Positions 39,730 to 49,710 of a DNA stretch of 64,000 bases are shown in pieces. Below the pieces are notes generated by a model. The model had not been told where the DNA came from, searched no databases, and saw only the letters and a list, made by a program, of their open reading frames with translations. The first letter of the stretch is position 1. Each line of letters opens with the position of its first letter. Made by a program: the position numbers and the translations under genes. This DNA is from Thermoanaerobaculia bacterium (GTDB lineage: Bacteria; Acidobacteriota; Thermoanaerobaculia; Multivoradales; Multivoraceae), in the NCBI GenBank assembly GCA_963666565.1, contig OY762911.1, forward strand, positions 3,968,001 to 4,032,000. Reading direction: 5' to 3'.

Positions 39730-42659
39730 CGCGAGCCTCCAGCCGCAAGCTCCTGGAACCGGTAGGCCTCGCGCGCCGGCCGGACCGGGCGCAGCATCCA
39801 CCAGGGTCGCCGCATCCCACCCGGGGAGTTCCTGCCGGCTGGCCGCACGAGTTCCAGCCAGCCCTCGAAGTGCGCCCGTGAGCGATCCGTGTCGACCGAA
39901 ACGTCGCCGTGCCGGTCGCCCGGGGCCGCCGGCGCAACGCTCACGGCCTGGTGCCAGCAGTGCTGCCCGGAGACCGGGTCCGGATGCACGGCGTGGGTCA
40001 GGTTCTGATGCACGCCGACATCGGTCCACCAGACCCGAAGCGTGTCCGGATCCTCCGACCGAAACGGGCCCCCGCCCCGCTTCGGCGCGAGCGACCATTC
40101 CGAACCGCTCTGGCCGAGCGCGACGGTCATCATGCCGAGGCGCTGGCCCGGCTGTCCCTCCGGCTTCCAGCGGCCCATGTGATGGCTGCACGCAACGACG
40201 CCCGGGCGAATCCCCTCGGTGATCCACGCCTTGACCACGAAGTAGCCGAGGTCGGTCGTGACCCGGACCAGGCTGCCGGTGCCGCCGATGCGCAGGCGTT
40301 CGGCATCGGTCGGATGGATCCAGAGCGGGTTCGTGTGGGCGATCTCGTCGAGCCATTTCGAGTTCGCGCTCCGCGTGTGAATCTGCACCGGAAGTCTGAA
40401 GGTCGAGATCAAGGGCATCCGGCCAGGTTCGAGCCGGCTCGGATGCACGTGGCTCTTGATGTAGGTCGGCGCCGCCAGTTCCGGCCATCCCCATTCGGCC
40501 AGGGTGTTCGACCAGAACTCCAGCTTGCCGGAGGGCGTCGGCCAGCCCCGAAGCATCTCGCCGTCCACACGCACGCCGACCCGGCGGCGGCCGTCTTCGT
40601 CCGGCTCGAGTGCGGTGCCTCCCTGCGCCTGCGGGCTCGCCGGAGCCGGCGCCCGCGTGTAGACGCGGTCGCGCGCGTCGACGTGGGCATCCTCCAGCTC
40701 ATCGTCCGGAACGCGCTCCTCGAACACCTTCCCGACCTTCCTCGCGACCTCGAACGCGCCGTAGCGGCGCATGTACTCCAGGGGCGAAAGGCCCTCCCGC
40801 GCGGCGACTTCAGGCAGCCCGGGCACCGTGTGCTCGAAGATCCAGCCGTAGTAGTCGTCGACGGTCATCTTCTCGCCCGGACGCTCGACCGACTCGAAGA
40901 ACTCGCGGATCCCCAGCGTGCCGTCGGGATCGATCCGCCAGGTGAGTTCGATCCAGAACTCGTTCTCCTCCCACACGTCGCCGGGACTCGCCTCCCGCGT
41001 GTCGCCGATCTTCTCTCCCAGGCGCTCCCGGGCCGCCCTCAGCACAGGCTGACGAAAGCCGAGCCACTGGCCGTCGTACTGCTCGTACGACGTGAGATCG
41101 TGCCGCTCAGAGGAATGTCCCATCGGCAGGACGTAGTCGGCGAAGTAGGCGGTCTCGTTCCAGGTTGGCGTCAGCGCGACGTGCAGACCGATCCGGCGCG
41201 CGTCGCTCAGCATCTCGATCCAACTGAAGCCGTCCGGGTTGGTCCACACCGGGTTGTGAACGCGCGTGAAGTAGACCTCGAGAAAGGCGTCCTGCTCCCG
41301 CATCAGGTGGGGCATCAGGAACGACATCTCGTTCAGGGCCAGCGGATACTCGCGAGGCCACTGGACCTCGTTCCACCGCCGCGGATGCCGCCCCGGAAGG
41401 CGCGGCGGCTTCGGCACGAACTTGTTCCAGGCGTTGGGGAACGTCCCGCCCTCGGTGGCCAGGGCGCCGAGCAGCGCGCCCAGGAGCGTCAGCGTGCGGG
41501 CGACCTGCCAGCCGCCGAGATTCCCGGCGCTGGCGCTGCGCCAGTTGTGCGTTGCCAGACGGGTGCCGGCGGTCGAGATCAACTTCGCGACCTCGCGTAG
41601 CTCGTCGGCATCGATCCCCGACTCGCTCGCCGCGTACTCGAAGGTGTACTCGGCGTACAGGTCTCGCAGCAACTCCTCGAAGCGCTCGAACGGAGCACCG
41701 GCTTCGCCCCGGGCCGCCAGAAAGTCCGACCAGTTCCACCACCGGCGCACGAAGTCGCGGTCGTACCGGCCCTCCCGGATCATCCAATTGGCGACCGCCA
41801 GGAAGATCGCGGCTTCGGACCCGGGGTAAGGCGACAGCCAGTGGTCGGCATGGGTCGCGGTATTCGACAGGCGCGTGTCGAGGACGATCAGCTTGGCGCC
41901 CTTCTTCTTGCCCTCCATGATCCGTTGTGCGTGGGGGTTGAAGTAGTGCCCGGTCTCGAGGTGGCTGCTGACGAGCACGATGACCCTGGCGTTGGCGTGA
42001 TCCGGGCTGGGGCGGTCCATTCCCATCCACCAGTGGAACCCGGCGCGGGCGCCGCTCGAACAGACGTTGGTGTGCGAGTTGTGCCCGTCGACGCCCCAGG
42101 CCGCGAGCATGCGCTCGGTGAATCCGTCCTCGCCCGGGCGGCCGACGTGGTACATGACCTGGTTGTGCCGCTCTTCCTCCAGGGCCTTGCGGATGCGGGC
42201 GGCAATGTCGCCGAGCGCGTCGTCCCAGGACACGCGTTCCCATTTCCCTTCTCCACGCCGGCCGGCCCGCTTCAGCGGGTGGAGGATGCGGTCGGGATCG
42301 GTGATCTGGTTGAGCGTGGCCGGGCCCTTGGCGCAGTTGCGGCCGCGTGACCCCGGGTGTTCGGGGTTGCCCTCGAACTTGCGCACCTGCAGCGTGTCGC
42401 GGTCGACGTAGGCCAGGAGCCCGCACGCCGACTCGCAGTTGAAGCACGTGGTCGGGACCAGCATGTAGCGTTTCTCGACGCGCTCCGGCCATGCCCTGGA
42501 ATCCAGCTCGACCCAGTCGTTCAAGCGCTCTTTCGGCGGATAGGACGCGAGGTGGACCCGGCTGGCGCCCGGATAGAACGTCTCGCCGCGGGATTCGGCG
42601 TCGGCCCTTGCCGCCGAGACCACCCGCTCCAGGCGCTCCAGGCTGCCTCGTTCGACCAC
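39726..42659 (-). CDS. Molybdopterin (bis-MGD) oxidoreductase catalytic subunit
   Basis: TTCFNCESACG...NCAKG 4Fe-4S motif, SHTNVCSS, ETAYFADYVLP, HTRSAN. Start placed at GTG 42659. Confidence 0.9.
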   Translation of the reverse strand: MVERGSLERLERVVSAARADAESRGETFYPGASRVHLASYPPKERLNDWVELDSRAWPERVEKRYMLVPTTCFNCESACGLLAYVDRDTLQVRKFEGNPEHPGSRGRNCAKGPATLNQITDPDRILHPLKRAGRRGEGKWERVSWDDALGDIAARIRKALEEERHNQVMYHVGRPGEDGFTERMLAAWGVDGHNSHTNVCSSGARAGFHWWMGMDRPSPDHANARVIVLVSSHLETGHYFNPHAQRIMEGKKKGAKLIVLDTRLSNTATHADHWLSPYPGSEAAIFLAVANWMIREGRYDRDFVRRWWNWSDFLAARGEAGAPFERFEELLRDLYAEYTFEYAASESGIDADELREVAKLISTAGTRLATHNWRSASAGNLGGWQVARTLTLLGALLGALATEGGTFPNAWNKFVPKPPRLPGRHPRRWNEVQWPREYPLALNEMSFLMPHLMREQDAFLEVYFTRVHNPVWTNPDGFSWIEMLSDARRIGLHVALTPTWNETAYFADYVLPMGHSSERHDLTSYEQYDGQWLGFRQPVLRAARERLGEKIGDTREASPGDVWEENEFWIELTWRIDPDGTLGIREFFESVERPGEKMTVDDYYGWIFEHTVPGLPEVAAREGLSPLEYMRRYGAFEVARKVGKVFEERVPDDELEDAHVDARDRVYTRAPAPASPQAQGGTALEPDEDGRRRVGVRVDGEMLRGWPTPSGKLEFWSNTLAEWGWPELAAPTYIKSHVHPSRLEPGRMPLISTFRLPVQIHTRSANSKWLDEIAHTNPLWIHPTDAERLRIGGTGSLVRVTTDLGYFVVKAWITEGIRPGVVACSHHMGRWKPEGQPGQRLGMMTVALGQSGSEWSLAPKRGGGPFRSEDPDTLRVWWTDVGVHQNLTHAVHPDPVSGQHCWHQAVSVAPAAPGDRHGDVSVDTDRSRAHFEGWLELVRPAGRNSPGGMRRPWWMLRPVRPAREAYRFQELAAGGSR

Positions 42660-42667
42660 GAGTCCCT

Positions 42668-44212
42668 TCAGGAGAGGGGCACCGACTGGCCCGCTTGCAG
42701 GTAGGCGTGCTCGTAGAGCAGAAGACCCAGGAGTCCCGCGGCCACGCCGAGGGGCGCGCCCATGCCCACGAGCATCAACGCAGCCGCGGCGAGGGCGAAG
42801 CCGGTCCAGTAGGGGTCCGCGTACCGGCCACGAAGCATGGCTCGGGCGGCCAGGGCCGCATGGGCCGTCGGATGCGTCATCGTCGCCTCGCCAAGAGCCA
42901 GAGCCACATGGACGGCCACTGAAGCCTGGAAGATCCACACAACTCCGACGCCGAGCCCCAGAGAGCCTCCCGCGACCAGGTCAGCGAGAATCAGTACGCC
43001 CGAACCCGCCACCAGCGCCTGGACGAGAAAGTGCGGCGGCAGGAGCGGGCTCTGCCAGAGATCGCGCGCGCGTGCCTGGGCCAGAAGGTACGCGGTGTAA
43101 ACGGCGACGGCGAATGCGACCAGGCCTCCGGCCCACGCAAGAGCCTGCGCCAACCCGGGCCGCCCTGCAGCAACCGAGCCGAGGTGAGCGGCCAGGAGCG
43201 CTCCGTACGCGGTGATAGCGAAGCCTCCCCGCACCAGCCAACTGCCCCACTGCGGTTTCGCGAGCACCATCCAGAACCGCTTGGGATGCTCCAGATCCCA
43301 TACCAGGAGAGCTCCGGTCAGCACCAGAAAAGCAAGCGCCACCAAGGGCCCGACGAGCGTCCACACCGGTGACGTCCAGGGGATCATCCCGGCGACCGCC
43401 AACAGCAGCGGCACCAGGTAGGCCCCGGCCGCGATCGACTTCGTGAACGTGTAGAGGCTCACCCGGAAGTCCCACGGGATCTCGTGCGGAACGTCGTAAC
43501 TGAGCAGCGCCGCCGCGGAACTGTTGCGGGATCCGATGCTGCCGGACGACACCTTGCCGTTCCCGTTGTCCTGCTCGCTCCACATGAACAGACCGCCCTT
43601 GGGTTGGCGCGCGGCAAGTGGATCCAGCGTGGCGCGATCCGCGCCCTTGTAGAAGACCTTCGGCAGCGTCTCCTTCTCCGGCCTGCGGACCGCAACCGGT
43701 TCCTGGTGGACGATCCTGGAGACTTCCGAGAGCGGATCGTTCATGTCGCCCACGATCAGCGCCTCGGTCGGACATACGACAACGCACGCCGGTTCGAGCC
43801 CGACGTCGAGCCGATGCGCGCAGAAGTTGCACTTCTCGGCCGAGTGATCGTCGGGATTGATGAAGATCGCGTCGTACGGGCACGCCGCGATGCAGGCCTT
43901 GCAGCCGATGCACGAAGACTTGTCGAAGTCGACGATGCCGTCGTCCCGGCGGTACATCGCGGCCGTCGGGCAAGCCGCGACGCAGGGCGCGTCCTCACAC
44001 TGGTTGCAGCGAGTGACCTGGAAGGCGCGGCGGGCGCGCGGGTAGCGGCCCACCTCGACCGACTTCACGTAGGTGCGCGTGACCGACAGCGGCACCTCGT
44101 TCTCGGACTTGCACGCGGTCGTGCAGGCATGGCAGCCGATGCAACTCGTGTGGTCGATGACCTTGGCCCACAGGGGCTGCGGTGCGGTTGGCGCCTCGCT
44201 GGTCGTGGGCAC
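42668..44212 (-). CDS. 4Fe-4S dicluster (NrfC/PsrB-like) domain fused to an NrfD/PsrC-like membrane anchor
   Basis: CIGCHAC..AC, CNQC..APC..ACP, CIGCKAC..ACP, KCNFC..C..CP, followed by a TM region with DLEHPKRF. Confidence 0.9.
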   Translation of the reverse strand: MPTTSEAPTAPQPLWAKVIDHTSCIGCHACTTACKSENEVPLSVTRTYVKSVEVGRYPRARRAFQVTRCNQCEDAPCVAACPTAAMYRRDDGIVDFDKSSCIGCKACIAACPYDAIFINPDDHSAEKCNFCAHRLDVGLEPACVVVCPTEALIVGDMNDPLSEVSRIVHQEPVAVRRPEKETLPKVFYKGADRATLDPLAARQPKGGLFMWSEQDNGNGKVSSGSIGSRNSSAAALLSYDVPHEIPWDFRVSLYTFTKSIAAGAYLVPLLLAVAGMIPWTSPVWTLVGPLVALAFLVLTGALLVWDLEHPKRFWMVLAKPQWGSWLVRGGFAITAYGALLAAHLGSVAAGRPGLAQALAWAGGLVAFAVAVYTAYLLAQARARDLWQSPLLPPHFLVQALVAGSGVLILADLVAGGSLGLGVGVVWIFQASVAVHVALALGEATMTHPTAHAALAARAMLRGRYADPYWTGFALAAAALMLVGMGAPLGVAAGLLGLLLYEHAYLQAGQSVPLS

Positions 44213-44299
44213 GGAGGAGTTCGGTCGCCAGGGCGTGTCCGTTTGTGAGGACGATGAATCACCCTAGCAGCCGACTGGCGGCCAATCCTGACCGCAGTC

Positions 44300-46771
44300 C
44301 TAGCTCTTCTTGATGCCACGCCCGGTTGCGCCGTCCGGTGGCGTGTCGCGAAGGACCCCGGCGCGTTCCAGCTCGTCGACCCGCGCGTCGTCGAAGCCCA
44401 GGACCTCGACCAGGACGTCCCGGTTGTGCTCGCCGAGGCACGGGGCGCCGCGCCGGTAGGTCGCCGGCGTGGCGCTCAGGCGGATGGGCAGACCCGGGTA
44501 GCGGCGACGGCCGACTTCCGGGTGGTCTACCTCGGCCCAGAAACCGCGAGCCTCAAGGAACGGGCTCTCTGCGAGGTCGCGGCCATCGGCGACCGGCGCC
44601 GCGGTCACGTCCACTCGATGCAGGCGTTCCGCCAGAGCGTCGCGCTCCTGGCCGCGGGTCCAGTCCGCCAGCAGGTCGTCGATCCGGTCCTCCTCCGCCC
44701 GGCGCTCCTCGAGCGACAGCGAGGCGAGCGACGCTTCCAGGCCGCCGAGGCCGCACAGCGCCCGCCACTGCCGGTCGTCCTCGACGCTGATCGCAACCCA
44801 GCGGTCATCGCCGCGACACGGATAGCAGCCCTGGGGCGCGCGCCGCGGATGGCGGTTGCCGCGCCGCGGTTCGGCGGCGCCACGAAGCTGCGCGGTCAGG
44901 ATGCTGTCGCCGAAGGTCGTCGCCGTCGCTTCGACCATGGGGGTTTCGACCGTCCCGCCGGCGCCTTCCGGCGAACGGGAGCGCCGGTACAGCATGGCCA
45001 GCGTTCCGACGGCGGTGTGGAGCGCGGTTACCGGATCCGGCCAGGCGACGCCGGACCGGCACGGCGGACCGCCGCGGTAGCCGATGTGGGAGGTCAGACC
45101 CATGGACGCCTCGATCAACGGACCGTAGGCCAGCCGGTCGCGGTAGGGCCCCGAATGGCCGAAACCCGGCATCGCGACCGCGACCAGCCGTGGATTGATC
45201 TCGCGCAGCCGATCCGCGTCGAGCCCCAGCTTCGGCATGACCCGCGGACTGAAGTTGTCGCAAACGACGTCCGCCCGCTCGACCAACCTCTCGAACAGCC
45301 GCTTCGCCTCGGGATCGTTCAGCTCGAGGGTGAGCGACCGCTTGTTGCGGTTCATCTTGTTGAACGCCGCGCTCCGGTTGAACGGCCGCTCGCCGACCTC
45401 GTCCTCCGGAAACAGGTGGCTCAGCGCCCCGTCGCGGGCAGGCCGCGTGGCCGGACCGCGCGACCACGCCGCCTCGACCTTGATCACGTCGGCCCCGAGG
45501 TCGCCCAGGATGCGGGTCGCCAGCGGCCCCGCCCACACCCGGGTCAGGTCGAGAACGCGAACGCCCTGGAGTGGGCCGTGGTCGAGCGTCCCGTCACCCT
45601 CGCGCGTCGCGCCGGCCGACGGCGGCCATGCCGGGGCTTCGTCGAGGAGCGGCGCCGGCCCGACAACCGCCTCGTCCAGCGCAAGCGCCGGCGCCTTACC
45701 GTCGAGCACGAACGGTCCGCGGGGCACGAGCGGCCCGTCGCCGCCGTCGATCGGCACGAAGAACTCCCGCGCCCGGAAGTGCGGATCCTCGAGCACGCGC
45801 AGCGCGTCGTGGATCGGACCGATCGGCACCCGCGCCCGCACGCCCAACTCGATGATCTCCGCCGTCGTGTGCGCCATGAGCCATGGCTCGATCGCGCGGT
45901 CGAACTCGAGCCGGTGGTGCGCGCGGTCGACGTCCCGGACGAAGCGCGGATCCTCCGCCACCGCGTCGAGACCGGCGGCCGCGAGGAAGGGCCGGACCAT
46001 CTCCCAGCTCGGCATCGCCAGGAACACGTACCCGTCCTTGCACCGGTAGACGCCGATCGGGTGCCAGGGGCCGCCCTGCGTGTTGCCGACGCGGGGGAGC
46101 ACGTGCCGGGCCTGCGTCCACATGACCGTCGTGTACTGGTGCATCGCGGCGAGGCCCTCGACGTGGGACACGTCGACCGTCTGGCCGCGGCCGATCCGGG
46201 AGCGCGCCAGGAGCGCGGCCAGCCCGCCGATCGCCGCGTGCGCTCCCGCCTGGCAGTGCGCGTGGAGGCCGGGCCGCGCGATCGGCGCCCGGTCCGCCCT
46301 GCCGTTGAGGAAGGTGTGACCCGACCACGCGTCGTCGGTGAACTCGTTCGATCGAGGCGGGCCCGTCTCGCGCCAGAGGTCGCCCGCACCGGCCCCCAAC
46401 CCGAACGGCGAGATACGCAACAGCACGGCGCGCGGCGCATCGGCCTCGTCGATCAGAGGTTCAAGCGGACCCGGAGCGGAACTCTCGACGATCACGTCAG
46501 CGCCCAAGCGCTCGACCAGCTCCAGGACCTGCGCCCGACCCTCGTCCGTACTCGGCCGCAGCCGCGCCGCCCGCTTGCCCAGGTTGAGGTACGCGTACTC
46601 CGCCCCGACGCCCCGCCAGCGCTCTCCCACCTCCCGCCACGGATCGCCCCCCGCCGGCTCGATCCGCAGCACTTCCGCGCCGCAGGCGGCGAAGAGACGG
46701 CCCGCGTAGGCGCCCGCCGGCGAACCGGCGACTTCGATCGCGCGCAGACCGGAGCAGGGAGGATCGGCCAC
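44300..46771 (-). CDS. Family III CoA-transferase with two fused CaiB/BaiF domains
   Basis: Two repeats: GAEVLRIEP..GDP/YLNLGKR and GPLQGVRVLDL..WAGP..DLGADVIKVE/NRNKRS. Confidence 0.9.
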   Translation of the reverse strand: MADPPCSGLRAIEVAGSPAGAYAGRLFAACGAEVLRIEPAGGDPWREVGERWRGVGAEYAYLNLGKRAARLRPSTDEGRAQVLELVERLGADVIVESSAPGPLEPLIDEADAPRAVLLRISPFGLGAGAGDLWRETGPPRSNEFTDDAWSGHTFLNGRADRAPIARPGLHAHCQAGAHAAIGGLAALLARSRIGRGQTVDVSHVEGLAAMHQYTTVMWTQARHVLPRVGNTQGGPWHPIGVYRCKDGYVFLAMPSWEMVRPFLAAAGLDAVAEDPRFVRDVDRAHHRLEFDRAIEPWLMAHTTAEIIELGVRARVPIGPIHDALRVLEDPHFRAREFFVPIDGGDGPLVPRGPFVLDGKAPALALDEAVVGPAPLLDEAPAWPPSAGATREGDGTLDHGPLQGVRVLDLTRVWAGPLATRILGDLGADVIKVEAAWSRGPATRPARDGALSHLFPEDEVGERPFNRSAAFNKMNRNKRSLTLELNDPEAKRLFERLVERADVVCDNFSPRVMPKLGLDADRLREINPRLVAVAMPGFGHSGPYRDRLAYGPLIEASMGLTSHIGYRGGPPCRSGVAWPDPVTALHTAVGTLAMLYRRSRSPEGAGGTVETPMVEATATTFGDSILTAQLRGAAEPRRGNRHPRRAPQGCYPCRGDDRWVAISVEDDRQWRALCGLGGLEASLASLSLEERRAEEDRIDDLLADWTRGQERDALAERLHRVDVTAAPVADGRDLAESPFLEARGFWAEVDHPEVGRRRYPGLPIRLSATPATYRRGAPCLGEHNRDVLVEVLGFDDARVDELERAGVLRDTPPDGATGRGIKKS

Positions 46772-46808
46772 CGGACCGGCACGCTAGCAGTGTTCGCGCT
46801 GGTTCTCC

Positions 46809-46994
46809 GCGTGCGCGGGTCCTCCGACCCGCCGCCGCCGAAGGCGGCCGCAAGACGCGCCGGTCGCCAAGCCGGCTCTGCTTGGGCTGGCGCCTCCCCT
46901 GGCGCGGTCGCCGGCCTTCAGCCGGCGGCCCTGTCGTCCGGTCTGCACCGCTCCGCGGCGCCGCCCGCGCGCGGGTCGGAAGACCCGCGCACCC
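46809..46994. repeat. Inverted pair of REP-like copies (REPIN-like doublet) overlapping the metF 3' end
   Basis: Plus-strand copy at 46809-46832 and minus-strand copy at 46971-46994. The metF stop (46918-46920) lies between them. Confidence 0.8.
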
Positions 46995-48762
46995 AGCGAC
47001 GGCGATCTTCCGGGGTAGCGGCCGCTTCCAGCAAGTAGGCCAGCAGGTCGCCTTCGACGTAGTCGTTGTCGACGACGTTGACCAGGAAGTAGCTGTCGTG
47101 GATGCTCTGCAGCAGGCGCCGCGACTCGCTGCCCTCCTCGTACACGGCCGCCCAGGAGGTCAGCCAGAGATCGAGGGCCTCGTCCTTCCAGACCTCGAAC
47201 GAGCGGGGATCGACGATCGTCGGCTGGCGGATCTCCCGCCCCGGGAAGACGCCCCACGTCACCGCGTTCACCGCCTCGCTGTTGCTGTACGCGGCGCCGG
47301 CGCGGTCGATCGCGTGGTAAGTCAGGCTCGGGTTGGCGTCCAGGGCCGCCAGCAGCGGAGGCAGTTGCTCCGGCGCGACGAAGAACTCCAGGTACGCCTT
47401 CTGGTACACGCGGCCGCCGGCGCCGCCCCAGCCGACCGCGGGATCGTCGGACGGCGCGCCGTTCACGCGCGGCTGCGAGTTGATCGTCAGCAGCCCCGCC
47501 AGATTGAGCCGCACCAGGGCGTCGCGCAGCGGTTCGCTCTCCAGTTCGAGCGGCCAGTCGTACCAGGGGATCCCGTCCACGTCGCCCCGGCAGAAGCCGG
47601 CGAAAACCTCCCGGACCTGGTCGATCGAACTCAGTTCGCGCCCCCACCGATCGCGAGCCACCTCGGGCTTCACCGGGCGGAAGGCCAGGTGATGATCGGC
47701 GAGGTCGCCGAACGCCGGCGAGCCCGAGTCGCCCCAGCGGCCGTTGGGGAACTCGTCCCAGTCCCGGGTCCGGGCCAGGTAACTCTTCGGCCGGTTGGCC
47801 CAGAAGATCGGGCGGACATCCTCCCTGGGGCGCTGAACCGCCGTCGCGCTGCGCCATGGCAGGACCCTCTCCGTGCGCTCCGGCACGATGCCGAGGCGGT
47901 CGAGGATGACCTGAACCGAGCGCTCGAGGTTCAGGGTGTAGAAGTGAAGGCCGGGGGCGCCGCCGTCGAGCAGGCGGCGGCAGATGCCGGTCAACAGATT
48001 CTGGCCGTACTCGCGCACCGAGGCGTCGTGGTAGCGGCGCGCCTCGATCTCGCCGGCGATCTCGGGCGGCGCGCTGGCCCCGAAGCCCGTGATGCGCTGA
48101 AAGGACTGATAGCCGTTGATGGGCGCCAGTCCGGGAACGATCGGACAGTCGACGCCTCGTTCCCGGCACTCCTCCAGGAAGCGGAAGTAGAGCTCCGGTT
48201 CGTAGAACATCTGCGTGATCACGAAATCGGCGCCCGTCTCCACCTTGGCGGCCAGATGGTCGAGATCGCGCTCCCGGCTCGGCGCCTCCGGGTGACCTTC
48301 CGGGTAGCCGCCGACGCAGATCCCGAAGTGGTCGCCATGCTCCTCGCGGATGAAGCGCACCAGGTCCGAGGCGTGCGAGAAGCCGTCGGCGATCGGCGAC
48401 CAGGCCCCGCGGCCGCGGGGCGGATCGCCGCGCAGCGCCAGGATGTTGCCGATGCCGCGCGCGCGGCAGTCGTCCAGCACCGCCGCGATCCGGCGTCGCG
48501 GCATGTTGGTGCAGGTCAGGTGCATCATCGTTTCGATACCCAGCACGTTCTCGATCGTGTTCGCCAGCTCGAAGGTCAGCTTGGCCGTGCTGCCCCCGGC
48601 GCCCCAGGTGACGTCGACGAACGCCGGTTCCAGCCGCCCCATGCGCTCGATGCGCGCATAGAGATTCTCGATCCCGGCCTCCGTCTTGGGCGGGAAGTAC
48701 TCGAACGAGTAGAAGGGCCGCCCCTCGGCGATCGCCGAGCGCAACTTGTCGATCAGCTTCAC
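46918..48762 (-). CDS. metF: Methylenetetrahydrofolate reductase, eukaryote-type two-domain form
   Basis: FEYFPPKT, DVTWGAGG, MHLTC, LALRGD, ITQMFY, HFYTLN. C-terminal EDVRPIFW..WDEFPNGRWG, TINSQP, YQKAYLEFF, AVTWGVFPGREI.QPT.VD. Confidence 0.95.
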   Translation of the reverse strand: MKLIDKLRSAIAEGRPFYSFEYFPPKTEAGIENLYARIERMGRLEPAFVDVTWGAGGSTAKLTFELANTIENVLGIETMMHLTCTNMPRRRIAAVLDDCRARGIGNILALRGDPPRGRGAWSPIADGFSHASDLVRFIREEHGDHFGICVGGYPEGHPEAPSRERDLDHLAAKVETGADFVITQMFYEPELYFRFLEECRERGVDCPIVPGLAPINGYQSFQRITGFGASAPPEIAGEIEARRYHDASVREYGQNLLTGICRRLLDGGAPGLHFYTLNLERSVQVILDRLGIVPERTERVLPWRSATAVQRPREDVRPIFWANRPKSYLARTRDWDEFPNGRWGDSGSPAFGDLADHHLAFRPVKPEVARDRWGRELSSIDQVREVFAGFCRGDVDGIPWYDWPLELESEPLRDALVRLNLAGLLTINSQPRVNGAPSDDPAVGWGGAGGRVYQKAYLEFFVAPEQLPPLLAALDANPSLTYHAIDRAGAAYSNSEAVNAVTWGVFPGREIRQPTIVDPRSFEVWKDEALDLWLTSWAAVYEEGSESRRLLQSIHDSYFLVNVVDNDYVEGDLLAYLLEAAATPEDRRRWVRGSSDPRAGGAAERCRPDDRAAG

Positions 48763-48774
48763 GGCGAGCGGATC

Positions 48775-49662
48775 CTACGCCGAGTCCGCCGCCACGCGGT
48801 CCGCCTGCTGGACCAGGCCGGTCGCCGCCAGCCGTCCAGCCACAGCCTCCAGCTCGGGCCGCGGGCCCCGCCAGCGGAGTTCGTCGACGGAAGCGCTGAC
48901 CGGCGCGTCGCGGACCAGGGTCGCGAGCTGCCGGAACAGCTCCGCCGACGCCCGCTCCTCGCGGAGCGTCGCCGCCAGGCGGTCCCGTCCGCGCACCTTG
49001 ACCGTCCATTTCCAGGGCTGGTCCGGAATCTCCTCCAGGTGGAGGTAGTGGGCGAGGACCGTCGCCGTCGACTTGGCGCCCCAGCCGCGAAGACCCGGGA
49101 AACCGTCGGCGCTGTCGCCGACCAGCGCCAGGTAGTCGGGTATCGACTCCGGTTCGACGCCGAACTTCTCGCGGATGCCGTCGGCGTCCCAGCGCAGGCC
49201 GCGCCGCCGGTCGACCTGGATCGTCTTGCCGCCTCGGCCGGCGTCGACGCACTGAGCCAGGTCCTTGTCGGGCGTGCAGATGCGGACCTCGACGACCCGC
49301 TCGTCCGCGGCCGCCATCGCGGCGCCGCTGGCAAGCCCGTCGTCCGCCTCGTGCTCGACCATCGGCCAGACCGCGACCCCGAGCGCGGCCAGGGCCTCCT
49401 CGAGCACCGGGAACTGGGCCAGCAATTCCGGCTCGATCCCCTCGCCCGTCTTGTAGCCGGGCCACATCTCGTTGCGGAACGACTCGATCACGTGGTCGGT
49501 CGCCACCGCCACGTGGGTCGCGCCGTCGCGGAACATGCCGAGCACGGAGAAGACGACTCCACGCACCGCTCCGACCTCGAGCCCGTCGTCGTTCACGTAG
49601 CTCGGCGCTCCGAAGTGGTGGCGGAAGAGCTCGTAGGTGCCGTCGATCAGATGAACGTACAT
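48775..49662 (-). CDS. Stand-alone 5'-3' exonuclease / flap endonuclease (PolA N-terminal-like)
   Basis: LIDG, FRNE..PGYK, EADD, TPDKDL.Q, LVGDSADG.PG..G.GAK. Confidence 0.92.
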   Translation of the reverse strand: MYVHLIDGTYELFRHHFGAPSYVNDDGLEVGAVRGVVFSVLGMFRDGATHVAVATDHVIESFRNEMWPGYKTGEGIEPELLAQFPVLEEALAALGVAVWPMVEHEADDGLASGAAMAAADERVVEVRICTPDKDLAQCVDAGRGGKTIQVDRRRGLRWDADGIREKFGVEPESIPDYLALVGDSADGFPGLRGWGAKSTATVLAHYLHLEEIPDQPWKWTVKVRGRDRLAATLREERASAELFRQLATLVRDAPVSASVDELRWRGPRPELEAVAGRLAATGLVQQADRVAADSA

Positions 49663-49710
49663 GGCGGACGCCGGGCGCCGGACAACGCGGGCAAGCTACC
49701 ATCAGCCGCC

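Noticed and set aside
39726-42659. Selenocysteine-containing formate dehydrogenase
   Set aside because: There is no in-frame TGA, and the FDH-type active-site context was not recognised.
46882-49710. Apparent 1536-aa protein (46882-51492)
   Set aside because: The first ~940 codons are antisense to metF and the exonuclease gene. The real gene begins at ATG 49711 with a signal peptide. The same kind of over-extension affects the track ORFs starting at 13432, 26820, 28772, 32375, 35421 and 49734.
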